The notes beneath the pieces were generated by a model. The model was not told the origin of the DNA. It ran no database searches and was given only the letters and a program-made list of their open reading frames with translations. Positions 53,288-64,000 of a stretch of 64,000 bases of DNA are shown here, piece by piece. Each line of letters opens with the position of its first letter. The first letter of the stretch is position 1. The stretch comes from Squalus acanthias (Eukaryota), in assembly GCA_030390025.1 (NCBI GenBank), contig CM059438.1, forward strand, positions 54,314,001-54,378,000, written 5' to 3'. Both the position numbers and the translations under genes were made by a program.

Positions 53288-53659
53288 AGGTTTTAAATTT
53301 ATCTTGCTATATGAGGCATTATTCAGCATTAACTTTGAGTGTATTGCTACTTTTACACTTTAGAGCTATGGTTTAGTTAGAATTTTTTAAGATTTCATGT
53401 AATATTAGACAAAGCCAATTTTCCATGTTACTATGGATGGATGCGGGTGGGTGGGTATAAATGTATTTCCGCTCCCCCACACATTACCAGTTCTGTTGGT
53501 CAGGTTTGTGAGTGAAACCACTCCAGCTCATCACTTTGTGCTTTCTATTCCCCCGTCCTTTCCAACCTCTCTCTCCCATGAGGCCTATCTCCTGCTCCCT
53601 TAATCCTCTCCCCGCTCCACTCCTGATTACTTATTCTTCTGGGCCCCATGTCAACCGAC

Positions 53660-53868
53660 ATTGTTAACAGTATCCTTTCCTCTCGTACTGCCTCCCCCCC
53701 TTCAAAGCCTGCTTTTAAAAGTCTTCTCAGATCCCATTTTTTTGACCTAGCCTTCAGTAATCTCTTCCTAAATTTATGGATTGGCGTCCTTTCCTCTTTT
53801 CATTTATCTATGAAGCACCTTGGGTCAATGTGTACATTAAAGTTGTTGTATAAATACAAATTGTTGTT
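53660..53868 (+). mobile_element. Old L2 3'-end relic
   Basis: TTTTTGACCTAGCCTT...TGAAGCACCTTGGG...TATAAATACAAATTGTTGTT parallels 35170-35310. Confidence 0.65.
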
Positions 53869-55055
53869 CTGCAGCCAATTGTATGGTATTGCCATTCTCT
53901 GTCTCCTTACACTGTTCCAGTTCTGGAGCAGTTTAAAGCAGCAGCTGCAATAATGTGCTCATATTAGTGCAATGCATCCACAATGTTTTAGCACTTCAGA
54001 CTTTGGAAATAAATGTATTTATTTATTAAGTTACCATTAGATTTTAATGGCCATTGGAAGTAACCATTTACAGCGAGCTCACAGACTGTAAATTGTTAAT
54101 GGCAGGCTAGCGTCAGTGATTATTACAAACAGAAGAGGATCAGTTCAGCTCTTCATTCTACATTTGTAGGCACAAAGATTGTGCAGTGGATTCGGTATTT
54201 GTACTCTAAATATCCTGTGGGCCTATTAATGGTGTGCAAAAGTGGAACAGTATGAGGAGAAAAAACAGTGCGAGTGTAAATTCAACATCTGTCATCAGTC
54301 GCACAGACACAATGTCAAATGATTCATAATTTCCATTGCGTTAGGTATTTGTTCTAATGAGGATTAATATTTATTAACGTACTATTTTTAAACAGAAGTT
54401 AACCAAGCGCACAGCCTTCATTTGCTGAGCTTTCACTATTGCTTCTGTTAGCATGGTAACTGGTTTCTCTGACTTATTAATCTCCTCCAGAGGAACTTGT
54501 GGAGATAGTTGACTGCTGTCTGAGGCACAGTGCTCCTGCTGCCAGCAACACATTATTAATTTAAAGGCAATGCCCTCCTCTGACAGCACTCAGGATCCAA
54601 ATTCTCTTTGGTCTCCGGAGTTACCATCAAAGACAACACAAAGTTATAGGCATCTAGTGAGCTCAGGAACACTGTGGCCAAGGAAACCACCTTGAGCCTC
54701 TGACTTCTCCCATGCTATAGGATTTCTAATTACACGTGAAAATGGCCAATAAAGAGCTGGTGTAAATTTGGAGAAACCTACCTTATTGAGTGCTACACTC
54801 CAGAATACTGAATGAACTGGTTACAGTGCAGCAGATGGTCATTTTTTTAAGTTTGGGTTGTAGGCGTCACTGAAGAGAGGAATTATTTTTGTTTATCAAA
54901 ACTATTGATTTTTTATATTCACATAGCATTTCATATATTTTTGTTTTTTGAAGTATCCTTGTACAATCAGTATAAAATGTAACGCTGCAATGGAATTACA
55001 TTGCTGAGGTACCAGTGACTCATGCAGGTCGGCTCAGGATGAGAAATTGGCCTCA

Positions 55056-55255
55056 TCTAGCATATATAAAAAAATCATACATCTGCATGTATCTCTTGTC
55101 GTCAAAACTTCACTTGCATTTGTCACATTTTTGTCAGACTTTTTTGTCACTTTTTCTATTATAAATTCCTTTGTCCATACTTATAATTCAAATCGCCTCT
55201 GTAAAATTGTCACACTGCAATTACACCTTCCCAGCAGTGGCGGCGCCGTCGTTAG
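55056..55255 (+). mobile_element. Possible 200-bp non-autonomous Helitron
   Basis: A|TCTAGCATATATAAAA start, GC palindrome GGCGGCGCCGTC, end TTAG|T, no TSD. Confidence 0.4.
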
Positions 55256-55357
55256 TCCGTTTTGTATCTCTCAGCTCTTCTGCCTTTACTACAGAGAAAT
55301 TACTCTGCTCCAAACAACTACTTCTCTGCTTCCCAAATTGCATAAGTTTAGCTATCT

Positions 55358-55585
55358 CCCTGGCCAATATTTATCCCTCAACCAACATCATTAAATATAG
55401 ATTATGCATAGACTATTGAGATAACAACAATTATCTCATTGCTGTTGGCTGGGACATTGCTGTGTGCAAATTTGATGTTGTGTTTCCAACCGTGACTGCA
55501 CTTCAAAAGTACTTAATTGGCTGTAAAGCTCATTGGGAATTCCTGAGGCCATGAAAGGCACTTATAGGAATGTAAGACTTTCTTT
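55358..55585 (+). mobile_element. Deu-domain SINE 3' fragment
   Basis: CCTGGCCAATATTTATCCCTCAACCAACATCA...CACTTCAAAAGTACTT matches 25851-26067. Confidence 0.85.
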
Positions 55586-55649
55586 GTTATATAAATAATG
55601 ATATAAAATCAAAGTATTGTATAAAAATAAGGACAGAATGTATGACTTT

Positions 55650-57790
55650 AACAACAGCTACAACTTGCATTTATATAGCGCCATTAACATTATAAAACAT
55701 CCCAAGGCATTTTACAGGAGCATTATCAGACAAAAATTGACACCGAGCCAAAGAAAAAAACATTTGGACAGGTGACCAAAAGCAGAGGGGTAGCATGTAG
55801 ATGAGAAACTGGAGAGAGCCAAGGATAGACCCTGGGGAAATCCAGATGTAACGGTGCAGAAGCGGGAAGAGAAGCCATTGCAGGAGATTCTTTGGCTGCG
55901 ACTGGATAGATAACAGTGGAACCAGGCAAGTGCAGTCCCAACCAGCTGGACAACGGAGGAGAGCTGTTGGAGGAGGATGGTGTGGTTAACCGTGTCAAAG
56001 GCTGCAGGCAGGTCGAGAAGGATGAGGAGGGATAGTTTACTACAGTCACAGTCACACAGGATGTCATTTGTGACTCTGATGAGCCGCTTCGGTACTGCGG
56101 CAGGGGCTAAAACATGATTGGAGAGGCTCAAACATGGAGTTGCGGGAAAGATGGGTATGGATTTGGAAGGAATTTGGAGAGGAAAGGGAGGTTGGAGATG
56201 GGGTGATAGTTTGCAAGGACAGAGAGGTCAAGGGTGGGTTTTGTGAGGATGACAACATACTTAAAACGGAGGATGACTTTTACCTGAGGAGAGGGAACCG
56301 TTTACCATATCAGCTACCATGGGGGCCAGGAAGGGAAATTGGGTGGTTCAGCAGTTAAGTGGGAATAGGGTCGAGAGAGCAGGAGGTGGGTCTCCTGGAC
56401 AAAATGAGATCGGAGAGCACATGAGGGGAGAGGAGAGAAACATGCGAGTTTAGGGCTAGGGCAGGGGGAACAATGGGGGAAGTTTGGTTTGGTGGGCATG
56501 GGGAAGGGACGGATGCAGCAAAGGCAGCTGAACAGATGGTCTCAATCTTAGTGACAAAGCAGTTCATGAGATCCTCGCACTTGTTGGAGGTGAGGGTGGA
56601 GGGGGCAGGGGAGAGGGGTTTAAGAAGACGGTTTGTAGTGGAGAAAAGAAGCTAAGGGTTATCTTTGTTCTTGGAATAGTGAGCAGTGTTGGCAGATAGC
56701 CCAATAGTGCTTTATGTGGTCCAGCCAGATGGCGATGACGGGCTAAACCAGTTGTGCGCTATAAACATTCAAATCTGTGTCCCTTGGACTTAAGGGAGTG
56801 AAAATGGGGGCGTATCAACTGGAACAACCAGAGTGGGAGAGAGTAAGGGGGAAAAATTCGGTTGCTTGGCGCCTCCTGTTAGCACCTCCGGGGGTGCTAA
56901 CGGGGCGCTAGGAAGTTAGCGCCCGAGCGCGGCGATTTTAGCGGCACTCACGAAATTGACCAGACATTTTGCGGCGGCGCTAAATACTACCGCCACGATC
57001 TCCTGCACCCACAGATCATGATGTCAGTCAAGCGTGTAACACCCCGGTAGCGCCCCAGACCGGATATTGAGTTGCGCCCCCTGCCTTAGCGCCTGCCGCT
57101 AGCAACGACAGGTAGAGGGGAACGTTTTCAAGTCGGACAGGGGCTGGGGGAGCGCTATTTAAAGGCGGGCGCTTCCTGCCTTTTCTTGTCGGCAAAATCT
57201 TTGGTTTTAACGCTGTCCTGAGGAGTTTTGGCCCTCAGCACCACTTTTGAGGTTCCTAAGTGCCGAGCTCTTTCCCTGGGCCTATCCATTAGTGCTTCCA
57301 ACACAATTGCTTTTGAGGTCTCTCCAGGCCGAGATTCAAGGCTGCAATGAGCAGGGTGCGGCTGGCCAGCAAGATGGCCCCTCCCCTTTAAGAATTGGAC
57401 GACGCCGGTCTGTCTGGCTTCCATGGTAATTGGCATTGCCTGAGCTTCGGTAGCGTTCTGAGGTAGCGCCTCGCTCCTCGACGTTAGCACCTTAAGAGAG
57501 GTGTGTAGCGCCTGATTTAGCGCTCAAATCACCTCCAGGGGCGATAAAGGCGAATGTTGTAGTCGGAGGCGATAATTAGCGCTGGGCGCTAAACTTTGCG
57601 CTCGGCCGATAATAGCGCCCCAAACGGGACGATACCGAATTTCTCCCCCTAAGGGTTTTGCTGGGAACAGGGGCATCAAAGGTGTAGGTGCGGGTGTGAT
57701 TGAGCAGATCGGTAGCTGCAGAATTATCGTGGTGAATGCGAGGCCAAAGGCTAGACAATTGGGAGTTTTAAAGTGCTATTGTAATGGGGA
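55650..57790 (-). mobile_element. L2 LINE, internally deleted, interrupted by a MITE
   Basis: 3' tail at 55650-55700. ORF 55712-56131 ([19 protein letters not shown]) and SCSLDPIPT. Confidence 0.88.
56847..57649. mobile_element. PIF/Harbinger-type MITE, TSD TAA, related to 42185-42957
   Basis: TIRs GGGGGAAAAATTCGGT / ACCGAATTTCTCCCCC (1 mismatch). TAA at 56844-56846 and 57650-57652. Confidence 0.9.
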
Positions 57791-57879
57791 CTGAATTATG
57801 TCTGCGCACCCTGGCCCAATCAGACCTACCCTCCAGCCCTGCTTCATTTTCACTTGGTCTTGACTCCCCATGTGTATTC

Positions 57880-58627
57880 CCACGTGAGACCGGCATGTTA
57901 GCTGATATTGATAACGGCTCCCTCTCCTCAGGTACTGTGCCCCTCCCCTGTAAATCTGCTGTCATCACCCCCTCCTCAAAAACCCACCCTTGACCCCTCA
58001 GTCCTTGCAAATTACGGCCCCATCTCCAACCTGCCTTTCCTCTCCAAAGTCCTTGAAAGTGTTGCCGTCTCCCAAATCCGAGCTCATCTTTCCCACAACT
58101 CTATGTTTGAACCTCTCCAATCAGGTTTCCGCCCCTGCCGCAGTACTGAGCCTGCCCTTAACAAAGTCACAAATGACATTCTCTGTGACTGTGACCATCG
58201 TGCACTTTCCATCCTCATTCTTCTCCACCTGCCTGCAGCCTTTGACACAGTTAACCACACCATCCTCCTCCAACGCCTCTCCTCCGTTGTCCAGTTGGAT
58301 GGATCTGCACTCACCTGGTTCTATTTTTATCTATCCAGTCGTGGTCAGAGAATCACCTGCAATGGCTTCTCTTCCTGCTCTTGCACCGTTACCTCTGGAA
58401 TTCCCCCAAGGATCTATCCTATTTCTCATCTACATGCTGCCTCTCAGCAACATCATCCGAAAATACAATGTCAGGTTCAATGCATACGCTGACGACACAC
58501 AGCTTTACCTCAGCACCACCTCTCTCGACCCCTCCATTGTCTCTCATTTATCACACTACTTGTCAGACTTCCAGTACTGGATGAGCAGAAATTTCCTCCA
58601 ACTAAATATTGGGAAAACTGAAGCCAT
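57880..58627 (+). mobile_element. L2 LINE RT fragment
   Basis: [49 protein letters not shown]. Confidence 0.9.
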
Positions 58628-58628
58628 A

Positions 58629-58970
58629 GACCGGAATTTTCTGGGGTCTGTGCGGGCGGGAATGGAGGCGAGTCGGGTGGAAAAGTTGATATTTTTTGGA
58701 GCAGGTCGGAAACCCGCCGTCATCCCGCCCCCACGTGCCTTTCCCTTGGGCACACTTGCTGGCGCGGCAATGACCAGACCAGCAGAGGCGGGCGACCTAA
58801 TTGAAATCATAACCTTGTTTTCAGACAGTTAAGAGCCTTTATCCCCCTACATTTTAAATTTACCTGCATGGCCACGGGAACCACACTGCTCGGGAACCAC
58901 GTCTGTCAACCTGAGGCAGGAGTTGAATGGCCATTGCTCTAGCTGATTAGTTGACAGCATGAAATGTACT
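58629..58970. mobile_element. Left part of a MITE-like element truncating the L2; possible right end at 61574
   Basis: Starts GACCGGAATTTT (compare GGGCCGGAATTT at 27472). AAAATCCAGCCC at 61563-61574 is a candidate partner. Confidence 0.45.
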
Positions 58971-58976
58971 ATAATA

Positions 58977-59265
58977 ACATAAGAAAAAGGAGTTAGAGTA
59001 GGCCATTTGGCCCTTCGAGCCATTTAACAAGATCATGGCTGATCTTCGACCTCACCTCCACCTTCCCGTACTATCCCCATATCCCTTAATTCCCTTAGTT
59101 CCCCAAAATTTATCGACCTCTGTCTTGAATATACTCAACAACTGAGCATCCACAGCTCTCTGGGGTAGAGAATTCCAAAGATTCACAACCCTTTGAGTGA
59201 AGAAATTTCTTCTCATCTCAGTCCTAAATGGCCGACCCCTTATTCTGAAACTGCGACCCCGTGTT
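58977..59265 (-). mobile_element. CR1 3' fragment
   Basis: ACATAAGAA tail and 3' UTR/ORF2 end matching the other CR1 copies. Confidence 0.88.
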
Positions 59266-59278
59266 CCAAGAGCCCTGT

Positions 59279-61063
59279 TCTTCTTCTCTTCTTAGGCAGT
59301 CCCTCAGAACTGAAGATGACTTGCTTCCACATTAAAAATGAGTTCTCAGGTGACTGATGAGTCCAATGCGGGACCTACAGTCTCTGTCACAGGTGGGGCA
59401 GACGATGGTTGAAGGGGCGGCTGGGTGGGGTGCTTGGGTTGACGTGCGCTCCTTCCGCTGTTTGCGCTTGGCTTCCGCTTGCTCCCGGCGAAGAGACTCG
59501 AGGTATTCGGCGCCTTCCCGGATGCTTCTCCTCCACTTTGTACAGTCTTGGGCCAGGGATTCCCAGGTGTCGGTGGGGATGTTGCACTTTTTCAAGGAGG
59601 CTTTGAGGGTGTCCTTGAAGCGTTTCCTCTGCCCACCTGGGGCTCTCTTGCCGTGTTGGAGCTCCAAGTAGAGCGCTGTTTTGGGAGTCTTGTATCGGGC
59701 ATGCGGACGATGTGACCCGTCCATCAGAGCTGAGCGAGCGTGGTCAAAGCTTCAATGCTGGGGATGTTGGCCTGAGCGAGAACACTGACGTTGGTGTGCC
59801 TATCCTGCCAATGGATTTGCAGGATCTTGCAGAGGCAGCATTGGTGGTACCTCTCCAGTGCTTTGAGGTGCCTGCTGTACATGGTCCATGTCTCTGAGGC
59901 ATACAGGAGGGCGGGTATCACTACTGCTCTGTAGACCATGAACTTGGTGCCGGGTTTGAGGTCCTGGTCTACAAACACTCTCTTCCTCAGGCGACCGAAG
60001 GCTGCACCAGCACACTGAAGGCGGCGTTGGACTTCGTCATCGACATCTGCCCTTGTTGACAGTAGGCTCCCGAGGTATGGAAAGTGGTCCACGTTGTCCA
60101 AGGCCTTGTCATGGATTTTGATAATCGGGGGGCAGTACTGTGTGGCAGGGGCAGGTTGGTAGAGGACCTTTGTCTTACGAATGTTTAGTGTAAGGCCCAT
60201 GCTCTCGTACGCTTCGGTGAAGGTGTTAACGATGGTTTGGAGTTCAACCTCCGAGTGTGCGCAGACGCAAGCGTCATCTGCATACTGTAATTCGACGACA
60301 GAGGAAGGGATGACCTTGAATCTGGACTGGAGGCGACGGAGGTTGAACAGTTTCCCATTTGTTCTGTAAATTAGCTCCACTCCAGCGGGGAGCTTACTGA
60401 GGGTGAGATGGAGCATTGCCGCAAGGAAGATCGAGAAGAGCGTTGGTGCGATGACACAGCCTTGCTTGACCCCGGTCCGTACATGAATTGGGTCTGTGGT
60501 GGAACCGTTGGACAGGATCACGGCTTGCATGTTGTCGTGAAGCAGGCGGAGGATGGTGACAAACTTTTGAGGGCAGCCGAATTTGAGGAGGACATCCATA
60601 ATCCCTCACAGTTGACAGTGTCAAAGGCCTTTGTGAGGTCAAAGAAGGCCATGTACAGCGGTTGGTGCTGCTCCCTGCATTTCTCTTGTAATTGGCGCGT
60701 GGTGAAGATCATGTCCATTGTGCCCATTAGTGGGCGGAATCCGCATTGCGACTCTGGGAGGAGCTCTTCAGCCACTGGGAGAAGGCGATTGAGGAGGATT
60801 CTTGCGATGACTTTCCCTGTGGCAGACAGCAGGGAAACTCCTCTGTAATTACCGCAATCGGACTTGTCACCTTTCTTGAAGATGGTCACAATTACGGTGT
60901 CTCTGAGATCCCCTGGCATGCTCTCCTCCTTCCAGATAAGAGAAATTAGTTCATGAATTCGCGCCAGTCGTGCTTCTCCGCCATGCTTTAGCGCCTCGGC
61001 AGGGATTCCATCTGCTCCTGAGGCCTTGTTGTTCTTCAGTTGTCGGATGGCCTTTTCAACCTC
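59279..61063 (-). mobile_element. RTE (BovB-like) LINE, 5'-truncated, frameshifted
   Basis: ORFs 60518-61102 (KASGADGIPAE, NYRGVSLL, QCGFR), 59724-60599 (KQGCVIAP, YADD) and 59332-59724. Confidence 0.94.
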
Positions 61064-61199
61064 TAAGAGGTGGGATAGGCTGTTAAGGCCCTTAACAAGC
61101 ACTAAATTGCCTCTATAATGCCATTTTGAAAGGCCTTTGTGATTTTAACCCTTTTTCTACATGAAGCACGCCTGTTCTGAACCACGAATGTGAAACCTA

Positions 61200-61240
61200 C
61201 CTGGCTGGCTGGCTATCTGATCTGATCTGATCTGATCTGA
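61200..61240. repeat. Compound microsatellite (CTGG)n(ATCTG)5
   Basis: CTGGCTGGCTGGCTATCTGATCTGATCTGATCTGATCTGA. Confidence 0.85.
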
Positions 61241-61607
61241 GAGTGGTGGTGAAGGGGAGACATATCTGGGAGTGGTGGTGCAAAAATATCTGGGAGCAGA
61301 CTTAGGGCTGCTGCTGCTCATTTTGCATCCAGGTCCTCTCACAGCAAAGGCCAGGCAGTCTTTGCAGACCTTCAATGCAGCAGCAATGATGACATCATCA
61401 GAGGCAACTTTCAGACTGAAAACACTAATTGGTTCATGGGTTCCTACATGCTGGAACTCAATTGCCCAATTAGGTGAAAATCGCATCAATCTCCCACATC
61501 CAATTGTAGTCGAGTGGATAACACGAAAAGTGGATGACACGACCCCAACCCGCCCCAGTATCAAAATCCAGCCCTCTGTGTCTCTGCATCAGCTGTCAGA
61601 TCTGTGG

Positions 61608-63592
61608 CCCTGTTACCACGTCCCTAACAATACATTCTAGCATTTTGCCTACTACTGAAGTCAGGCTAATTGGCCTATAGTTTCCTGTTTCTTCTTTTCC
61701 TCCTTTCTTAAATAGCAAGGTTATGTTTGCTACCTTCCAATCATTGGGGACTGTTGTAGAATCTAGGGAATTCTGGAAGATTAATACCAGTGCATCCACT
61801 ATCTCTGCAGCTATCTCTTTTACAACCCTAGGATGCAGGTCGTCAGCTCCAGGGGATTTGTCACCACTTAGTCCCATTAATTTCTCCAGTATGTCTTTGC
61901 TTATACTGATTTCTTTAAGTTCCTCATTCTCTCTAGACCCTTGGTTCCCCGTTATTTCGGGAATGTTTTTTATGTCTTCTACCGCAAAAACAGATACCAA
62001 GTATTTGTTAAATGTCTCTGCCATTTCCTTATTGCCATTATAATTTCTCCTGCCTCTGCCTCTAATGGGCCCACGTTTACTTTCACTAATCTCTTCCTAT
62101 TTACATACCTATAGGAACGTTTACAATCTTTTTATGTCTCTTGCTAATTTACTCTCATATTCTTTTTTCTCTTTCGTTATCAATTTCTTGGTCCTCCTTT
62201 GCTGTATTCTAAAATCCTCCCAATCCTCAGGCTTACTACTCTTTTTGGCAACATTATAAGCCTCTTCCTTTGATCTAATACTATCTTTAACTCCACATCA
62301 TATCTTTAACTTCTCTTGTTAGCCACGGTTGGAACACTTTTCCTGTGGTGTTTTTGTGCCTTAAAGGAATGTATATTTGTTGTAAATTATGTATTAATTC
62401 TTTAAATGCTAGCCATTGCTTGTTTACCGTCATATCTTTTAATGTAATTTCCCAATCCACCTTAGCCAACTCGCCCCTCATACCTACGTAGTTGCTTTGT
62501 TTATTTTTAAGACGTGAGTTTCGGACTTAACTAAATCACTTTCAAACTCAGTATAAAATGTTATCATATTATGGTCACTCTTCCCTAAAGTCCCCTTTAC
62601 TACAAGGTTATTCATTAACCCTTTCTCATTGCACAATACTAGATCAAAAATAGCCTGTTCCCTAGTCGGTTTCTCAACATACTGATCTAGAAAACTATCT
62701 TGTAGATTAAAGTCCCCCATGATTACTGTATTACCCTTGTTACATGTGCCTCTAATCTCCTGATTTATACTCTGCCCTACATTAGAACTACTGTTTGGAG
62801 GCCTATAAACAACTCCCACCAATGTTTTCGGCCCCTTTCTGTTTCTTAGCTCCACCCAAACTGATTCTACTTCTTGATTTTCTGAGCTAAGATCCTTTCT
62901 CTCTACTGTCTTTATCCCATCCTTTATTATCAGGGCTACCCCTCCTCCTTTTCCATTTTGCCTATCTCTTCTAAAAGTTAAGTATCCTGGAATATTTAGT
63001 TCCCAACCTTGGTCACTTTGCAACCACATCTCCGTAATGGCTATTAGATCAAACCTGTTAATTTCTATCTGCGCTATTAATTCATCTATTTTGTTGCGAA
63101 TGCTTTGCGCATTCAGATATAGTGCCTTTAGCTTTGACTTTTTTCTATTTTTTCCCTGATGTCACCTTAGTCACTCTCTCTGTCCCTTCCTGACCCACTC
63201 TGCTTATTTTTACCCAAAACTCTGCTCTGCTCTATAGCCTTGATATTTCTCTTGCTGCTTTTAAATTTACTCTTTCCTGAATCCTCCCCACCCCCCCCCC
63301 CCCGCATTAGTTTAAAGCCCTGTCTACTTGCCCTAGTTATTCGGTTCGCCAGGACACTGGTTCCAGTGGTTAAGTGGAGCCCATCCCAACGGAACAGCTC
63401 CTTCTTTCCCCAGTACTGGTGCCAGTGGCCCATGAATCGAAACCGCTTCCTCCCACACCACTCTTTCAGCCACGCATTTAACCTTCTAATCTGCATATCC
63501 CTATGCTAATTGGCACGTGGCTCAGGTAACAATCCAGAGATTATTACCTTTGAGGTTCTGCTTTTTAATTTGGACCCCAACTCCTCAAACTC
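61608..63592 (-). mobile_element. CR1 LINE fragment (ORF1 C-terminus, endonuclease, RT N-terminus)
   Basis: LNAWLKEWC...DGLHL (esterase), GGGVALII, YRPPNS, MGDFN, SDHN, NYRPISLTS. Confidence 0.92.
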
Positions 63593-64000
63593 TCCATCCA
63601 GTGTCACCTCATTGGAAGAACCTCTCTCACCATTGACAGATTGCTTCTGTCATCTCTACTTCACCTGCCATCTATTCCATCAACATGGGTGCCGTTTATA
63701 TTGTCTCACCTTGGTCCTTAGAATCTGACCAAAATGAGCCCTAACACCAGCAGCAGCAGGCACACCAGCAGCACCAACAACAACACCACCAACCTTCTCC
63801 GCAATCACTTGATGCTGCACAGGACAGAGGGCATCAGCACCCGAGCACATTGCTGCCAAGGTTGGGCTTATCATGCCCAGATTTACTTAACTTGACGCTG
63901 TACACCCATATAGCTGCCACATGATGCGCCAGGTTGGCACCACCCCACACCAACAACATATAGCATCCCTGCAATGACCAAACCATTCCTTTCACACTCA

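Noticed and set aside
34507..58627. L2 at 34507 starts at the same GKTEAI motif where the L2 at 58627 ends
   Set aside because: The pieces are in the wrong order, 24 kb apart, with no shared TSD; treated as coincidence.
63600..64000. Possible degenerate Harbinger transposase 5' region (CAG/CAC-rich tract)
   Set aside because: No recognisable DDE motif or open frame, and truncated by the window edge.

Overview
Eukaryotic, repeat-dominated DNA; the LINE/SINE families point to a cartilaginous fish (inference). The only host-gene sequence recognised is two small phase-0 exons of the tetraspanin TSPAN15 on the + strand (37824-37871 and 38825-38941). Neither the preceding nor the final coding exon was found, so most of the window is probably intronic. 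Bases 1-24825 are about 1000 copies of a 25-bp G-rich satellite with a ~7.7-kb higher-order repeat and a terminal ~2-kb duplication. The rest is nested CR1, RTE/BovB-like, L2 and another CR1-group LINE, Deu-domain SINEs, PIF/Harbinger-type MITEs (TTA/TAA target duplications), possible Helitron relics and two more minisatellites. Most notable: a TSD-flanked palindromic Penelope-derived element with a minimal hammerhead ribozyme core, and a CR1 with a duplicated 3' end whose inner copy has an A-to-G (ADAR-like) substitution bias. No CRISPR or prokaryotic system is present, and the long repetitive ORFs are satellite artefacts.
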